From sequence record SRR2962707_3118: DNA of 33,991 nucleotides; one strand, written 5' to 3'. Each line of letters starts with the position of its first letter. The first letter of the stretch is position 1. This document shows positions 20,497-30,554 of the stretch, in pieces. The translations under genes and the position numbers were made by a program. The notes below the pieces were generated by a model, which was not told where the DNA came from, did no database searches, and saw nothing but the letters and a program-made list of their open reading frames with translations.

Positions 20497-22299
20497 ATGC
20501 TGACCCAACCGAATCCGTCCACGGACGGAACTGACCAAACCATCCCGCCAACCGGGACTGCTCTGGTAAAACTAACCGATCCAGGTCTTGCAAAACCAAC
20601 ACCCATGACTCCCTATGAATCTCTGGATCGTCTGACCCATGCGAGCGTGGCTAAAGCGACATCTGGGGTGTCCCCCTCGGTTCTGGGTGAGGCGTGGATG
20701 GATTGGGCGATTCATTTGGCCGTATCGCCTGGCAAGCAAGCACACCTGATGGAACAGGCGCTGAAAAACATGCAAACGCTCTGGTCGCAGAGCCTTGGGC
20801 TCACCCAACCCGAAGAAACCGATGACCGGCGTTTCACCGGGGAGGGCTGGCAGAAATATCCATACAACGTGCTGGCCCAGTCGCATTTGCGAAACTGGCG
20901 GTGGTGGCAAAATGCAACAACAGGCGTACACGGCGTGGCATCCGCGCACGAAGATATCATGGCCTTTGTCTCGGGGATGGTGGCGGATACCGTGGCGCCT
21001 TCGAATTTTGCGCTGACCAATGCCGACGTGGCCGCTACTACTCTGGCCGAACACGGTCAGAACCTTGTACGAGGGGCGAAATACCTGGCCGAAGACGCCG
21101 CGCGCAAAGCCGGGCTGGCGCAGGATGCTGGCCCGCAGCCCTTTGAAGTGGGCCGCAATCTGGCGATGACCCCGGGCAAGGTCGTGTTTCGCAACGAATT
21201 AATCGAACTTATCCAATATGCGCCTGAAACTGGCGAAGTGCGGCCCGAACCAATCCTGATCGTGCCTGCATGGATCATGAAATACTATATCCTTGATCTA
21301 TCAGCGCACAATTCGCTGGTCCGTTTCTTGGTGGGTCAGGGTTTCACCGTCTTCATGGTGTCCTGGAAAAACCCCGACGCCGACGACCGTGATCTGGACA
21401 TGGACGATTACCGCCAGCTGGGCGTCATGGCCGCGCTGGACGCCGTACAGGCGATAACCCATGCGCCCAAGATCCACACGGTCGGCTACTGCCTAGGTGG
21501 TACATTGCTGTCGATTGCGGCGGCAGCCATGGGGCGGGACGGGGATGATCGGCTTGCCTCGGTCAGCCTGTTGGCAGCGCAGGTCGATTTCACCGACGCC
21601 GGGCCACTTCGGCTTTTCATCAACGAATCCCAAGTCACACTGATCGAGGACATGATGGAAGATCAGGGGTACCTTTCGTCCGACCAGATGGCCGGTGCCT
21701 TTGCGCTGCTGCGCGCGCGCGACCTGATCTGGGCACCTGCTGTTCGTAACTATCTGCTTGGCGAACGCGGCGACTCCTTTGACCTGATGGCCTGGAATGC
21801 AGATGCGACACGCATGCCGGCCCGAATGCATTCCGAATATCTGCGGCGTCTCTTTCTTAACAATGATCTGACCGAGGGGCGTTACCCCGTCGATAAAAAG
21901 GCGATTGCCGTGACGGACATTCGCGTTCCGATCTTTGCCGTGGGTACCGAAGATGACCACGTGGCGCCCTGGAAATCTGTCTATAAACTGCACCTCTTTT
22001 CCGATACCGACGTGACATTTGTGCTGACCAGCGGCGGACACAACGCAGGCATCGTATCCGAACCGGGCCATCCGCATCGGCATTTCCGGATCGCGGCCAA
22101 AACGGCCGCGGCCGCCTTTCGCGCCCCTGAACAATGGCTTGAGGAAACGGCCCTGACGGACGGATCGTGGTGGACCGCATTCGCAGAATGGTTGTCCGGC
22201 CATTCCGGACCACCAACAGCGCCACCGCAAATGGGGGCCCGGTCAGGCACCTACAAAACGATCTGCGATGCCCCTGGAACCTATGTGAGGCTGACATGA
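20497..22299 (+). CDS. phaC: Class I polyhydroxyalkanoate synthase (PhaC2-type)
   Basis: TPGKVVFRNELIELIQY, PAWIMKYYILDL, lipase box GYCLGG, DDHVAPW, SGGHNAG. GAAGGA SD precedes ATG 20497. Confidence 0.95.
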   Translation: MLTQPNPSTDGTDQTIPPTGTALVKLTDPGLAKPTPMTPYESLDRLTHASVAKATSGVSPSVLGEAWMDWAIHLAVSPGKQAHLMEQALKNMQTLWSQSLGLTQPEETDDRRFTGEGWQKYPYNVLAQSHLRNWRWWQNATTGVHGVASAHEDIMAFVSGMVADTVAPSNFALTNADVAATTLAEHGQNLVRGAKYLAEDAARKAGLAQDAGPQPFEVGRNLAMTPGKVVFRNELIELIQYAPETGEVRPEPILIVPAWIMKYYILDLSAHNSLVRFLVGQGFTVFMVSWKNPDADDRDLDMDDYRQLGVMAALDAVQAITHAPKIHTVGYCLGGTLLSIAAAAMGRDGDDRLASVSLLAAQVDFTDAGPLRLFINESQVTLIEDMMEDQGYLSSDQMAGAFALLRARDLIWAPAVRNYLLGERGDSFDLMAWNADATRMPARMHSEYLRRLFLNNDLTEGRYPVDKKAIAVTDIRVPIFAVGTEDDHVAPWKSVYKLHLFSDTDVTFVLTSGGHNAGIVSEPGHPHRHFRIAAKTAAAAFRAPEQWLEETALTDGSWWTAFAEWLSGHSGPPTAPPQMGARSGTYKTICDAPGTYVRLT

Positions 22300-23060
22300 C
22301 CCATTTGAAAAACAAAATCGCGCTGGTCGTTGGCGTTGCGAACGCCCATTCCATCGCAACCGGCTGTGCCCACGCATTCGCCGATGCGGGGGCTGAGGTC
22401 GCGCTGACCTACCTCAATGAAAAGGCGAAACCCTTTGTACAACCGGTCGCGGATGCTGTCCACGCCGAGATGTTGATGCCGTTGGATGTCGAGGCCGAGG
22501 GCCAGATGGAGGCGGTTTTTGACGCGATCGCAAAACGCTGGGGACGACTGGATATTCTTGTGCATTCCATCGCGTATTGCCCAGCAGATGACCTGCATGG
22601 GCGGGTGACCGACTGTTCGCAGGCCGGGTTTTCCCGCGCCATGGACATATCCGTCCATTCGCTGATCCGAATGGCACGGTTGGCAGAACCGCTGATGTCC
22701 CAGGGCGGGTCGATCATGACCATGACCTATTATGGTGGCGAAAAGGTCGTTGATCATTACAATATCATGGGCCCCGTCAAAGCCGCACTTGAGGGGACGA
22801 TGCGTTCGCTTGCGGTCGAACTCGGGCCGAAACAAATCCGGGTCAACGCCATCTCTCCGGGGCCACTCAAGACCCGCGCCGGGTCCGGCATCGCCCATTT
22901 CGACGAACTGATCGACGCCGCCCGCCTGCGCACCCCGGAACAAAACCTTGTAACGATTGAGGACGTCGGGGCCGTTGCGGCGATGCTGGCCAGCGACGGA
23001 ATGCACAGCGTATCCGGCGATATCACCTATGTTGACGGAGGCCTGCATGTCCGCGCCTGA
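22296..23060 (+). CDS. fabI: Enoyl-ACP/CoA reductase, FabI-like
   Basis: GVANAHSIA, LVHSIAY, YNIMGPVKAALE, RVNAISPGPLKTRA; ATGA overlap with phaC. Confidence 0.93.
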   Translation: MTHLKNKIALVVGVANAHSIATGCAHAFADAGAEVALTYLNEKAKPFVQPVADAVHAEMLMPLDVEAEGQMEAVFDAIAKRWGRLDILVHSIAYCPADDLHGRVTDCSQAGFSRAMDISVHSLIRMARLAEPLMSQGGSIMTMTYYGGEKVVDHYNIMGPVKAALEGTMRSLAVELGPKQIRVNAISPGPLKTRAGSGIAHFDELIDAARLRTPEQNLVTIEDVGAVAAMLASDGMHSVSGDITYVDGGLHVRA

Positions 23061-24480
23061 CCAGAACCAACCCGCCGATGCCATGCAGTATATCCAGAAT
23101 GTGACCTATAACGAGATTTCGGTCGGTGACAGTGCCGAAATCACGCGGACGCTGCGGCACGAGGACATTGATCTGTTCGCGATCATGTCTGGCGATGTGA
23201 ACCCCGCACATGTGGATCCGGAATACGCTGAAACCGATATGTTCCACGGGGTAATTGCCCATGGCATGTGGGGTGGTGCACTGATCTCGACCGTTCTTGG
23301 TACCGAACTGCCCGGCCCCGGTACGATATTCCTTGACCAGAGCCTGAAGTTTTTGGCCCCGGTGGGACTGGGCGACACGGTCACCGTCCGGGTCCAGGTC
23401 ACAGAGAAACAGGAAAAGGGACGCCTGATCCTTGCCTGCACCTGCCTGAACCAGAAGGGAAAAATGGTCATCGAAGGCGAGGCACGTGTTATCGCCCCGC
23501 GCGAAAAGGTGCGTCGCCCCCGCGTTGTCCTGCCAGAGGTTCGGTTGCACGTCCGCGCTGCGCAATATGCCAAACTGATCGCGGCAACAGGGACGCTCGA
23601 CCCGGTCCCGACTGCGGTTGTTCATCCTTGCGACGCGCTGTCCCTGACGGGTGCGCTGGACGCCGGCCATCAGGGCATGATCCGCCCGGTTCTGGTCGGG
23701 CCGCGGGCGAGGATCATGGCCGCCGCCAAAGAGGCTGGTCGTAGTCTGGACGGGATCGAGATTGTCGATTGCCCCCACAGCCATGCCGCCGCTGCCGCTG
23801 CGGTAGCACTGGTGCGATCTGGAAAGGTCGCCGCCCTGATGAAGGGTTCGTTGCACACCGACGAATTGATGGAGGCCGTGGTCGACACTGCCCTAGGCCT
23901 GCGGACGGAACGGAGGATGAGCCATGTCTATGTTCTTGACGTGCCCACCTATCCAAAGCCACTGCTGATCACTGATGCGGCGATAAATATCTACCCCGAT
24001 CTTTCGACGAAACGGGACATCGTGCAGAACGCCATAGACCTTGCACTGGCACTTGGGATTGATCTGCCCAAGGTCGCAATCCTTTCCGCGGTCGAAACGA
24101 TCAACCCTCGCATTGCCTCGACGCTCGACGCGGCAGCCCTGTGCAAGATGGCGGATCGCAAACAGATCACCGGTGGATTGATTGATGGACCATTGGCCTT
24201 TGACAACGCCATCTCGCCAGCGGCTGTCGCCGCCAAGGGTATTGTTTCCGACGTGGCGGGTGTGGCCGATATCCTGGTCGCGCCCGACCTTGAGGCCGGC
24301 AACATGATTGCAAAGCAGTTGATCTATCTCGCCGGGGCGGATGCTGCCGGGATCGTGCTGGGCGCACGGGTGCCGGTTATTCTAACCAGCCGCGCGGACA
24401 GTGCGATGTCCCGCCTCGCGTCCTGCGCGTTGGCGCAGCTGTTCATCAGCTATCAACTCAATAGACCGACGTCGACATGA
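23047..24480 (+). CDS. Bifunctional MaoC/PhaJ-type (R)-enoyl-CoA hydratase / phosphate acyltransferase
   Basis: N-terminal SGDVNPAHVD and IAHGMWGG hot-dog motifs; C-terminal LMKGSLHT, DAAINIYP, DGPLAFDNA, AGNMIAK, PVILTSRAD. GGAG SD. Confidence 0.93.
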   Translation: MSAPDQNQPADAMQYIQNVTYNEISVGDSAEITRTLRHEDIDLFAIMSGDVNPAHVDPEYAETDMFHGVIAHGMWGGALISTVLGTELPGPGTIFLDQSLKFLAPVGLGDTVTVRVQVTEKQEKGRLILACTCLNQKGKMVIEGEARVIAPREKVRRPRVVLPEVRLHVRAAQYAKLIAATGTLDPVPTAVVHPCDALSLTGALDAGHQGMIRPVLVGPRARIMAAAKEAGRSLDGIEIVDCPHSHAAAAAAVALVRSGKVAALMKGSLHTDELMEAVVDTALGLRTERRMSHVYVLDVPTYPKPLLITDAAINIYPDLSTKRDIVQNAIDLALALGIDLPKVAILSAVETINPRIASTLDAAALCKMADRKQITGGLIDGPLAFDNAISPAAVAAKGIVSDVAGVADILVAPDLEAGNMIAKQLIYLAGADAAGIVLGARVPVILTSRADSAMSRLASCALAQLFISYQLNRPTST

Positions 24481-25679
24481 CGGATGCGATACTTGTCCTG
24501 AACGCGGGGTCGTCGAGCGTCAAGTTCGCGGTCTACCCGGACACCGCAGGCAGTCCGGCCGCGTTTCTGCACGGCAAGATCACCGGAATCGGGACAACGC
24601 CCGTGTTTTCCGCGCGCGACGCCACAGGACATGAACTGCCGCCAGACGCGCGCATGACCCTGCCACCAGAGGCGGGTCACGATGCACTGATTCCCGCGCT
24701 GCTCGACTGGCTGAGCCGCCATAAGGGTGGCGTGACCATCCGGGCCGCAGGGCATCGTGTTGTGCACGGTGGGCGCACCCAGACCGGCCCTGCGATTGTT
24801 TGCGACGCGCTGCTGGAAGAACTGGATACACTGGTCCCCCTCGCGCCGTTGCACCAACCGCACAACCTGGCGGCAATCCGCTGCGTCGCCGCAACGTCCC
24901 CGGATCTTCCGCAGGTTGCCTGTTTCGACACCAGCTTTCACCGGACCCAGGACAGATTTGCCCAGCTCTTTGCCCTGCCCTGCGCGCTGACAGACGACGG
25001 CGTCATCCGCTATGGGTTTCACGGGCTCTCGTATGACTATATCGCGGGCTCCCTGCCCACCCATCTGGACGAAGGCGCAGACGGGCGCGTGATTGTCGCC
25101 CATTTGGGCAACGGTGCCAGCATGTGCGCGCTGCGGGACCGCCGCAGCGTCGCCACCAGCATGGGGTTCACCGCGCTGGACGGGTTGATGATGGGCCAGC
25201 GGTGCGGCGCGCTCGACCCCGGCGTCGTGCTGTACCTGATGGATGAGAAAGGCATGAGCAGCGCCGAAATCTCTCACCTTCTTTATAACGGCTGCGGTCT
25301 TTTGGGCGTATCGGGCATCAGCAACGATATGGCCACCCTCCAGGCGAGTTCAGCGCCCGAAGCACGCGAGGCCATCGGGCTGTTTTGCTACCGCGCAGCT
25401 GCGGAACTCGCGTCGCTTGCTGTCGCGATCGGGGGCCTTGATGCGTTGGTCTTTACCGCGGGTATTGGCGAAAATTCCGCGCTGGTCCGCAACCTGATCT
25501 GTGACCGCCTGGAATGGATGGGGCTTTCACTCGATGATGGGGCCAACGCACGCAACGCCCAACGCATTAGCACAGCCGCGTCACCCGTCGACGTGCTGGT
25601 CATCCCCACCGACGAAGAAGTGGTCATTGCCCGTGCAACACACAGTTTAATTCATGGGCAGACTGGGCGTCTCGACTGA
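24477..25679 (+). CDS. ackA: Acetate/propionate-family kinase
   Basis: LNAGSSSVKF, GHRVVHGG, LAPLH, FDTSFH, RYGFHGLS, HLGNGAS, FTAGIGEN, PTDEE. Confidence 0.95.
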   Translation: MTDAILVLNAGSSSVKFAVYPDTAGSPAAFLHGKITGIGTTPVFSARDATGHELPPDARMTLPPEAGHDALIPALLDWLSRHKGGVTIRAAGHRVVHGGRTQTGPAIVCDALLEELDTLVPLAPLHQPHNLAAIRCVAATSPDLPQVACFDTSFHRTQDRFAQLFALPCALTDDGVIRYGFHGLSYDYIAGSLPTHLDEGADGRVIVAHLGNGASMCALRDRRSVATSMGFTALDGLMMGQRCGALDPGVVLYLMDEKGMSSAEISHLLYNGCGLLGVSGISNDMATLQASSAPEAREAIGLFCYRAAAELASLAVAIGGLDALVFTAGIGENSALVRNLICDRLEWMGLSLDDGANARNAQRISTAASPVDVLVIPTDEEVVIARATHSLIHGQTGRLD

Positions 25680-26084
25680 ACAGGCCTACACTTATCACCC
25701 GTTGCATGCATCCGCCGGGGTGCGCATTTTGCGGCTTTCCAGGGCACAGCTGTCGACGATGCTCTGCGCCCTCGCCGATCTGATCGGGCGGCCAGTGCTT
25801 TCAACGATCCCGACCGGATGTTCACGCCGCCGCAATGTGACATCCTGCAAGGCTAGGTCCGCGTCCACCGCCCCACTTACGCCCGCTTAGGCTGAACGCC
25901 CTGTCCAGGTCGTGGTCGGCAAGGGTAATTGACAACTTTGGCAGCCTCGATGATTCGCGCAATTCATCCAGAAGCAGGAAATGGATCAGCAGATCGGTCA
26001 AATAAAACAGGCGTTCATCAAATGCGCGCCCCAAACCGAGAAAATGATCGACCCACCAGCGCATTCCCTGGTCGGTGGCGGGCT

Positions 26085-26330
26085 TCAACCACATAGTCCC
26101 GCCGTCCGTGCACGCAATTGCACAAGGGTCAGAACCGTATCAATGTTTGGCGTCGGCGCGTCTGTGATCCGGCCCAACTCCTGCACCGAACCGATCAGCG
26201 CATCAATCTTCATCGGCCAGCTCTGGTCCAGGTCATGCAGCATCGACGTGCGGTGCGCGCCAACTGCCGCGCCGCCTTCTATGCGGTTTTCCACATCGAC
26301 CGGGCTTTTCAAGCCAACCTTTTCCGCAAA
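26085..26330 (-). pseudogene. 3' remnant of a ketopantoate reductase-family (PanE/ApbA) gene
   Basis: AEKVG...GAHRTSMLHDL...KIDALIGSVQELGR...PTPNID matches the ApbA C-terminal pattern; the Rossmann domain is missing. Confidence 0.8.
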
Positions 26331-26656
26331 CGCGGGCGCACCGGGGCCTTCGACCCTGCGCCGGACAGCGCCTTTGCTTTCAAATCCTCAAGGTAAATGG
26401 CGTATTCATCTTCGTGGCATTCTGGTTTCAATGGTGCAGTGGTTGCGATTTGCGCGATACTCACAAAGACCGTTGCCATAGCGGGGCCGTTCGCCAGTAC
26501 GATGGCCAACCGGGCCCCGCCCCCGATGCCAAAGCTGTGCAGCGTTCTGGCCACATCCCCGGCCAGGTCCCGCAATCCACCATAGCTGAGCCAGCCACGT
26601 CCCGGCACCCCGGTGGTAGGCAAACCGGCGTCATGTGGCGCCATGAGGATGGTCAT
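26331..26656 (-). pseudogene. 5' remnant of an AMP-binding acyl-CoA ligase (oxalate--CoA ligase-like)
   Basis: LSYGGLR..GIGGGARLAIVLANGP..TTAPLKP..EYAIYLEDLKAKAL; similarity ends after about 100 codons, before the AMP-binding loop. Confidence 0.75.
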
Positions 26657-27250
26657 GTGGTGAGACCCGACAATGGCCCCGTGCCCGATCGTTTCGCTGA
26701 GGCGATTTTACGCGTTTTCGATTTGCTGAGAAAATAGCGCGCCATGCCGAAGTAGGCGATTGGCCAACCATAGTGCATTTTCAGGCGGGGCGCCTAGCCG
26801 CCAACGATGCATATCATGAGCAGGCAGAGCACCGTAAACAGCGTCAGCCGTGCCCAGATAAGATCCGGATCCGATCTACCCAATTTTTAGTAGCCAAACA
26901 CATGATCCACGTCGGGCCATCGCCATCGGTTTTGAATACACCCACGCAGACCGAAGCGGCTATGTTAGTTTTTATATTTTGGATGGCCCCGTGCCTCACA
27001 GCCGGATCGGCATTAACTGCTGAGGCTATCCGCGTCAGGCCTGCGCCCAGGGTGCGGACAAGCGGCTAAATATCGACCTGCCGCCTTGGAAAGGCACGTC
27101 ACGAAAGCTGAGTTTGCCCACCTGGCTACCGAATCGTGTTGTCGGAACGGTTTATTAAGACACCGCACGTAGAACTTTCCCAGTGGCGGCACCCGGAAAT
27201 ATACATCGGGCGAGCGCCGAAATTGACACGGGAATGGTACGATCGGCGTC

Positions 27251-27535
27251 ATGGCAAACACATTGAACTTTCACGCTCTGGCCGCTCAGCGTCCACGACA
27301 GGGCACGGATCCCTTGATTACTTTCCTGCAGGGTGCCGCACAGGCGCCTGTAACGGTTTCGGCCCGCGATGTTCACCGCATCGACGCCTACCGCCTGCAG
27401 ATCCTGATCAGCGCCGACCGGCAATGGCAGATCGACGGGCAAGAATTTCAGATCACCGATATGTCCCCTGAATTCGGGGCCGGGCTCGAACGCCTTGGCC
27501 TGTCGCCTGACCATTTCGACAAGGAAAATCAATAA
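27251..27535 (+). CDS. STAS-domain chemotaxis protein (CheS / Rhodobacter 'CheX'-like)
   Basis: VTVSARDVHRID..LQILISA..W..LERLGL STAS pattern; TAATG overlap with cheY. Confidence 0.75.
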   Translation: MANTLNFHALAAQRPRQGTDPLITFLQGAAQAPVTVSARDVHRIDAYRLQILISADRQWQIDGQEFQITDMSPEFGAGLERLGLSPDHFDKENQ

Positions 27536-27906
27536 TGACCACAAAAGTCCTCGCAATCGACGATTCCCGCACGATCCGCAATCTTTTGCGGCTATCGTTG
27601 GAAACCGCTGGGTTTGAATTCCATTCGGCATGTGATGGCGTCGAGGGCGTCGCCCGGTTTGCCGAAGTGAACCCAGACGTGGTCATCACCGACATCAACA
27701 TGCCGAACATGGACGGCTACGGTGTGATTGAAACGCTGCGCAACCAAGACAAGACCAGCGTGCCGATCATCGTACTGACCACAGAAAGCTCAGACGATCT
27801 TAAGGCCCGCGCCCGCAAGGCCGGGGCGACAGGATGGATCGTCAAACCTTTTGACGACGCGTCTCTTGTGTCGGTGCTACGGCGCCTGACAGGGCATGCG
27901 GCCTGA
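27535..27906 (+). CDS. cheY: Chemotaxis response regulator CheY
   Basis: AIDDS, ITDINMP, LTTE, GWIVKPF. Confidence 0.95.
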   Translation: MTTKVLAIDDSRTIRNLLRLSLETAGFEFHSACDGVEGVARFAEVNPDVVITDINMPNMDGYGVIETLRNQDKTSVPIIVLTTESSDDLKARARKAGATGWIVKPFDDASLVSVLRRLTGHAA

Positions 27907-27907
27907 G

Positions 27908-30103
27908 ATGTCCGGTCAACCATCAATCCGTGACACATTCTTCGAAGAATGTGAGGAGCTTCTAGAGGCATTGGTCGAAGGCCTTGCCGATATGGAGGAT
28001 CCCGATCACAGCAAGGAAACGGTCAATGCCGTGTTCCGCGCCGTGCATTCCATCAAGGGCGGAGCTGGCGCTTTCGGCCTTGATGAACTTGTACACTTTG
28101 CCCACACCTTTGAAACCGTTATGGACAAAGTTCGGTCAGACACACTGGGTGTGGACCCCGAATTGCTTCGCCTTTTCCAGCGTTCTGGTGACCAGCTTGC
28201 CGATCTGGTAGAAGCAGCGCGCGATGACCGTGATCCAAAACGCGACATTCAGGCGGTTATTCTCGCGGAACTGCAGAAATACCTTGGCGAAGAAGACGAA
28301 GAACAGGAAATCGAATTTGACGCCATGGGCCTTGATTTCGGCGGCCCTCTCGATCTAAGTGATATCGGGGACGACGATTCTTCCATTACAGAAAGCCCTT
28401 CGCTTGCGGAAGGCACGTCCTCGCTAACCATGACCATCCGCTTCGCACCAAAACGGGCGTTGTTCGAAAATGGACATGAGCCACTTCTACTATTCGACGC
28501 CATAGCAGAACTTGGGACTCTGACCGTTAGTGCAGACACATCTGAGGTACCCGCTTTCGAAGACCTCGACGCGGACGAGCCGCAAATTGTCTGGGACCTG
28601 ACACTACTGACGAACGAAAGCGAAACAGTTCTGCATGAGGTTTTCGAATTCGTCGATTCTCTCTGCGATATCGCCATAGACGTTCGGCGGAACGAACCAG
28701 TCGTTGAAGAATCCCCGCTGGAGGCAAGTGAAGTTGCAGCCGAAGAGGCTGCGCCAACTGAACCTTCGCTGGATACCAGTGAAAAAAAGCCGGTCGCCAG
28801 CTCCGCAGCCACCGCGTCTGCCGCCAGCCCTTCAACGGCGGCTGCTCCGGCAGCGGACCGTGACCACCGAGGTCCCAAACCCACGCTGCGAGTCGACCTA
28901 GACCGGGTCGATCGTCTTATCAACACTGTGGGCGAACTTATCATCAACCAAGCGATGATCGTTCAGCGGATCGAAGAGCTCGATCTACCGTCAGGGGCAA
29001 ATCTTACTAACGAACTTGAAGCCTACAAATTGCTGGCCCGTGACATCCAAGAAGGCGTGATGGCAATCCGGGCGCAGCCCGTAAAGCCCTTGTTCCAGCG
29101 TATGTCCCGAATTGTGCGCGAAGCTTCGGATGCAACCGGGAAAAGCGCCCGAATGGTGACGGTCGGCGATTCAACAGAAGTCGACAAGACCGTGATCGAA
29201 CGACTGGCGGACCCCCTTACCCATATGGTGCGCAATGCGGTAGATCACGGGCTCGAAACCCCGGAAAAGCGGATCGCTGCAGGTAAAGACGAAATCGGCA
29301 CAATTCGCATGTCCGCCGCGCATCGATCGGGCAGTGTCTTCATCGAAATCGGCGACGATGGCGCAGGTCTGAATCGCCCCCGGATTCTAGAGACGGCCAT
29401 TAAGAAGGGCCTTATCTCTGGTGAGGCAGAACTTACCGAAACCGAAATTGACAACCTCCTATTCCTTCCGGGTTTCTCCACAGCCAGTGAGGTTTCAAAC
29501 CTTTCCGGGCGTGGCGTCGGAATGGATGTTGTGAAAAACGCAGTTCAAGGGTTGGGTGGACGCGTTTCGATAACCTCTACCCCGGGCAAAGGAACGACAT
29601 TCACAATCGTGCTCCCTCTGACATTGGCAGTTATGGACGGCTTCGTTATCTCCGTTGCACAAGAAACCATGGTCATACCAATCGCATCGATCCTTGAGAC
29701 AGTAACACCCAATGCGCGTGATTTGCACCGGATCGGTATGAACGGCGAAGTGCTACGTGTTCGCGGGCGCTATGTACCGATCGTCGATGTAGCGCAAAAT
29801 TTGGGCCTCCAACGCAACAGGGACGCGAATGGTAATGGTGTGCTTCTCCTGGTCGAAACCGAGATGCAGGAACTCAATGCCCTGCGAGTCGAGGCAATCC
29901 ACGATCAACGACAAGTCGTCATCAAGAGCTTGGAGAGTAACTACGGCAGAATTCCCGGCGTGTCTGCGGCCACCATTTTGGGGGACGGAAAAATCGCCCT
30001 TATCCTGGACCCTGAAGAGCTTGTCAAACTGAACTCGGGCGATGTTGCCCCGATACCCATCATTGCAAACCAAGAGGAGCTTCACCATGCAGCCCACACC
30101 TGA
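27908..30103 (+). CDS. cheA: Chemotaxis histidine kinase CheA
   Basis: Hpt FRAVHSIKGGAG, P2, dimer domain VGELII, HMVRNAVDHG, DDGAG, SGRGVGMDVV, C-terminal CheW domain. Confidence 0.97.
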   Translation: MSGQPSIRDTFFEECEELLEALVEGLADMEDPDHSKETVNAVFRAVHSIKGGAGAFGLDELVHFAHTFETVMDKVRSDTLGVDPELLRLFQRSGDQLADLVEAARDDRDPKRDIQAVILAELQKYLGEEDEEQEIEFDAMGLDFGGPLDLSDIGDDDSSITESPSLAEGTSSLTMTIRFAPKRALFENGHEPLLLFDAIAELGTLTVSADTSEVPAFEDLDADEPQIVWDLTLLTNESETVLHEVFEFVDSLCDIAIDVRRNEPVVEESPLEASEVAAEEAAPTEPSLDTSEKKPVASSAATASAASPSTAAAPAADRDHRGPKPTLRVDLDRVDRLINTVGELIINQAMIVQRIEELDLPSGANLTNELEAYKLLARDIQEGVMAIRAQPVKPLFQRMSRIVREASDATGKSARMVTVGDSTEVDKTVIERLADPLTHMVRNAVDHGLETPEKRIAAGKDEIGTIRMSAAHRSGSVFIEIGDDGAGLNRPRILETAIKKGLISGEAELTETEIDNLLFLPGFSTASEVSNLSGRGVGMDVVKNAVQGLGGRVSITSTPGKGTTFTIVLPLTLAVMDGFVISVAQETMVIPIASILETVTPNARDLHRIGMNGEVLRVRGRYVPIVDVAQNLGLQRNRDANGNGVLLLVETEMQELNALRVEAIHDQRQVVIKSLESNYGRIPGVSAATILGDGKIALILDPEELVKLNSGDVAPIPIIANQEELHHAAHT

Positions 30104-30554
30104 AGCCTCCGAAGGCAAAACTTTTGAGTTCGTTGCTTTCTCTGCCGGTAGCCAAAGCTATTGCTTGGAAATCACTCAAATTCGCGAAATTCGACGGTGG
30201 GCACCGGTAACCGCTCTACCACACACGCCGAGCGACGTTCTCGGCGTTATGAACCTCCGAGGAGCTGTAATTCCGATTTTCGATCTCGCAGCTCGTTTCG
30301 GCCTAGGGAAAACTCCGGATAACGAGCGGAATGTCGTAATCGTCGCTGCAGCTGGCGGGAATACGATTGGGTTGTTGGTCGAGTCCGTATCCGAAATCTT
30401 ATCGGTCAACACAGATACCATACAGCAGACACCTGATATCAAATCAGAAGCAACCAGAAACAGTATTCAAGGCGTTATTGCGGTCGACGAAGAGATGATT
30501 CGCGTTGTAAATCTCGACGCGGTACTTGGCGCAGACGCGGGGATTGCGGCATGA
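30087..30554 (+). CDS. cheW: Chemotaxis coupling protein CheW
   Basis: IREIR, GVMNLRGAVIPI, GLLVESVSEI; GAGGAG SD. Confidence 0.95.
   Translation: MQPTPEASEGKTFEFVAFSAGSQSYCLEITQIREIRRWAPVTALPHTPSDVLGVMNLRGAVIPIFDLAARFGLGKTPDNERNVVIVAAAGGNTIGLLVESVSEILSVNTDTIQQTPDIKSEATRNSIQGVIAVDEEMIRVVNLDAVLGADAGIAA

Noticed and set aside
27140-27162. CtrA box upstream of the che operon (GGAA-N7-TTAA)
   Set aside because: Only one good TTAA half-site; too weak to call.
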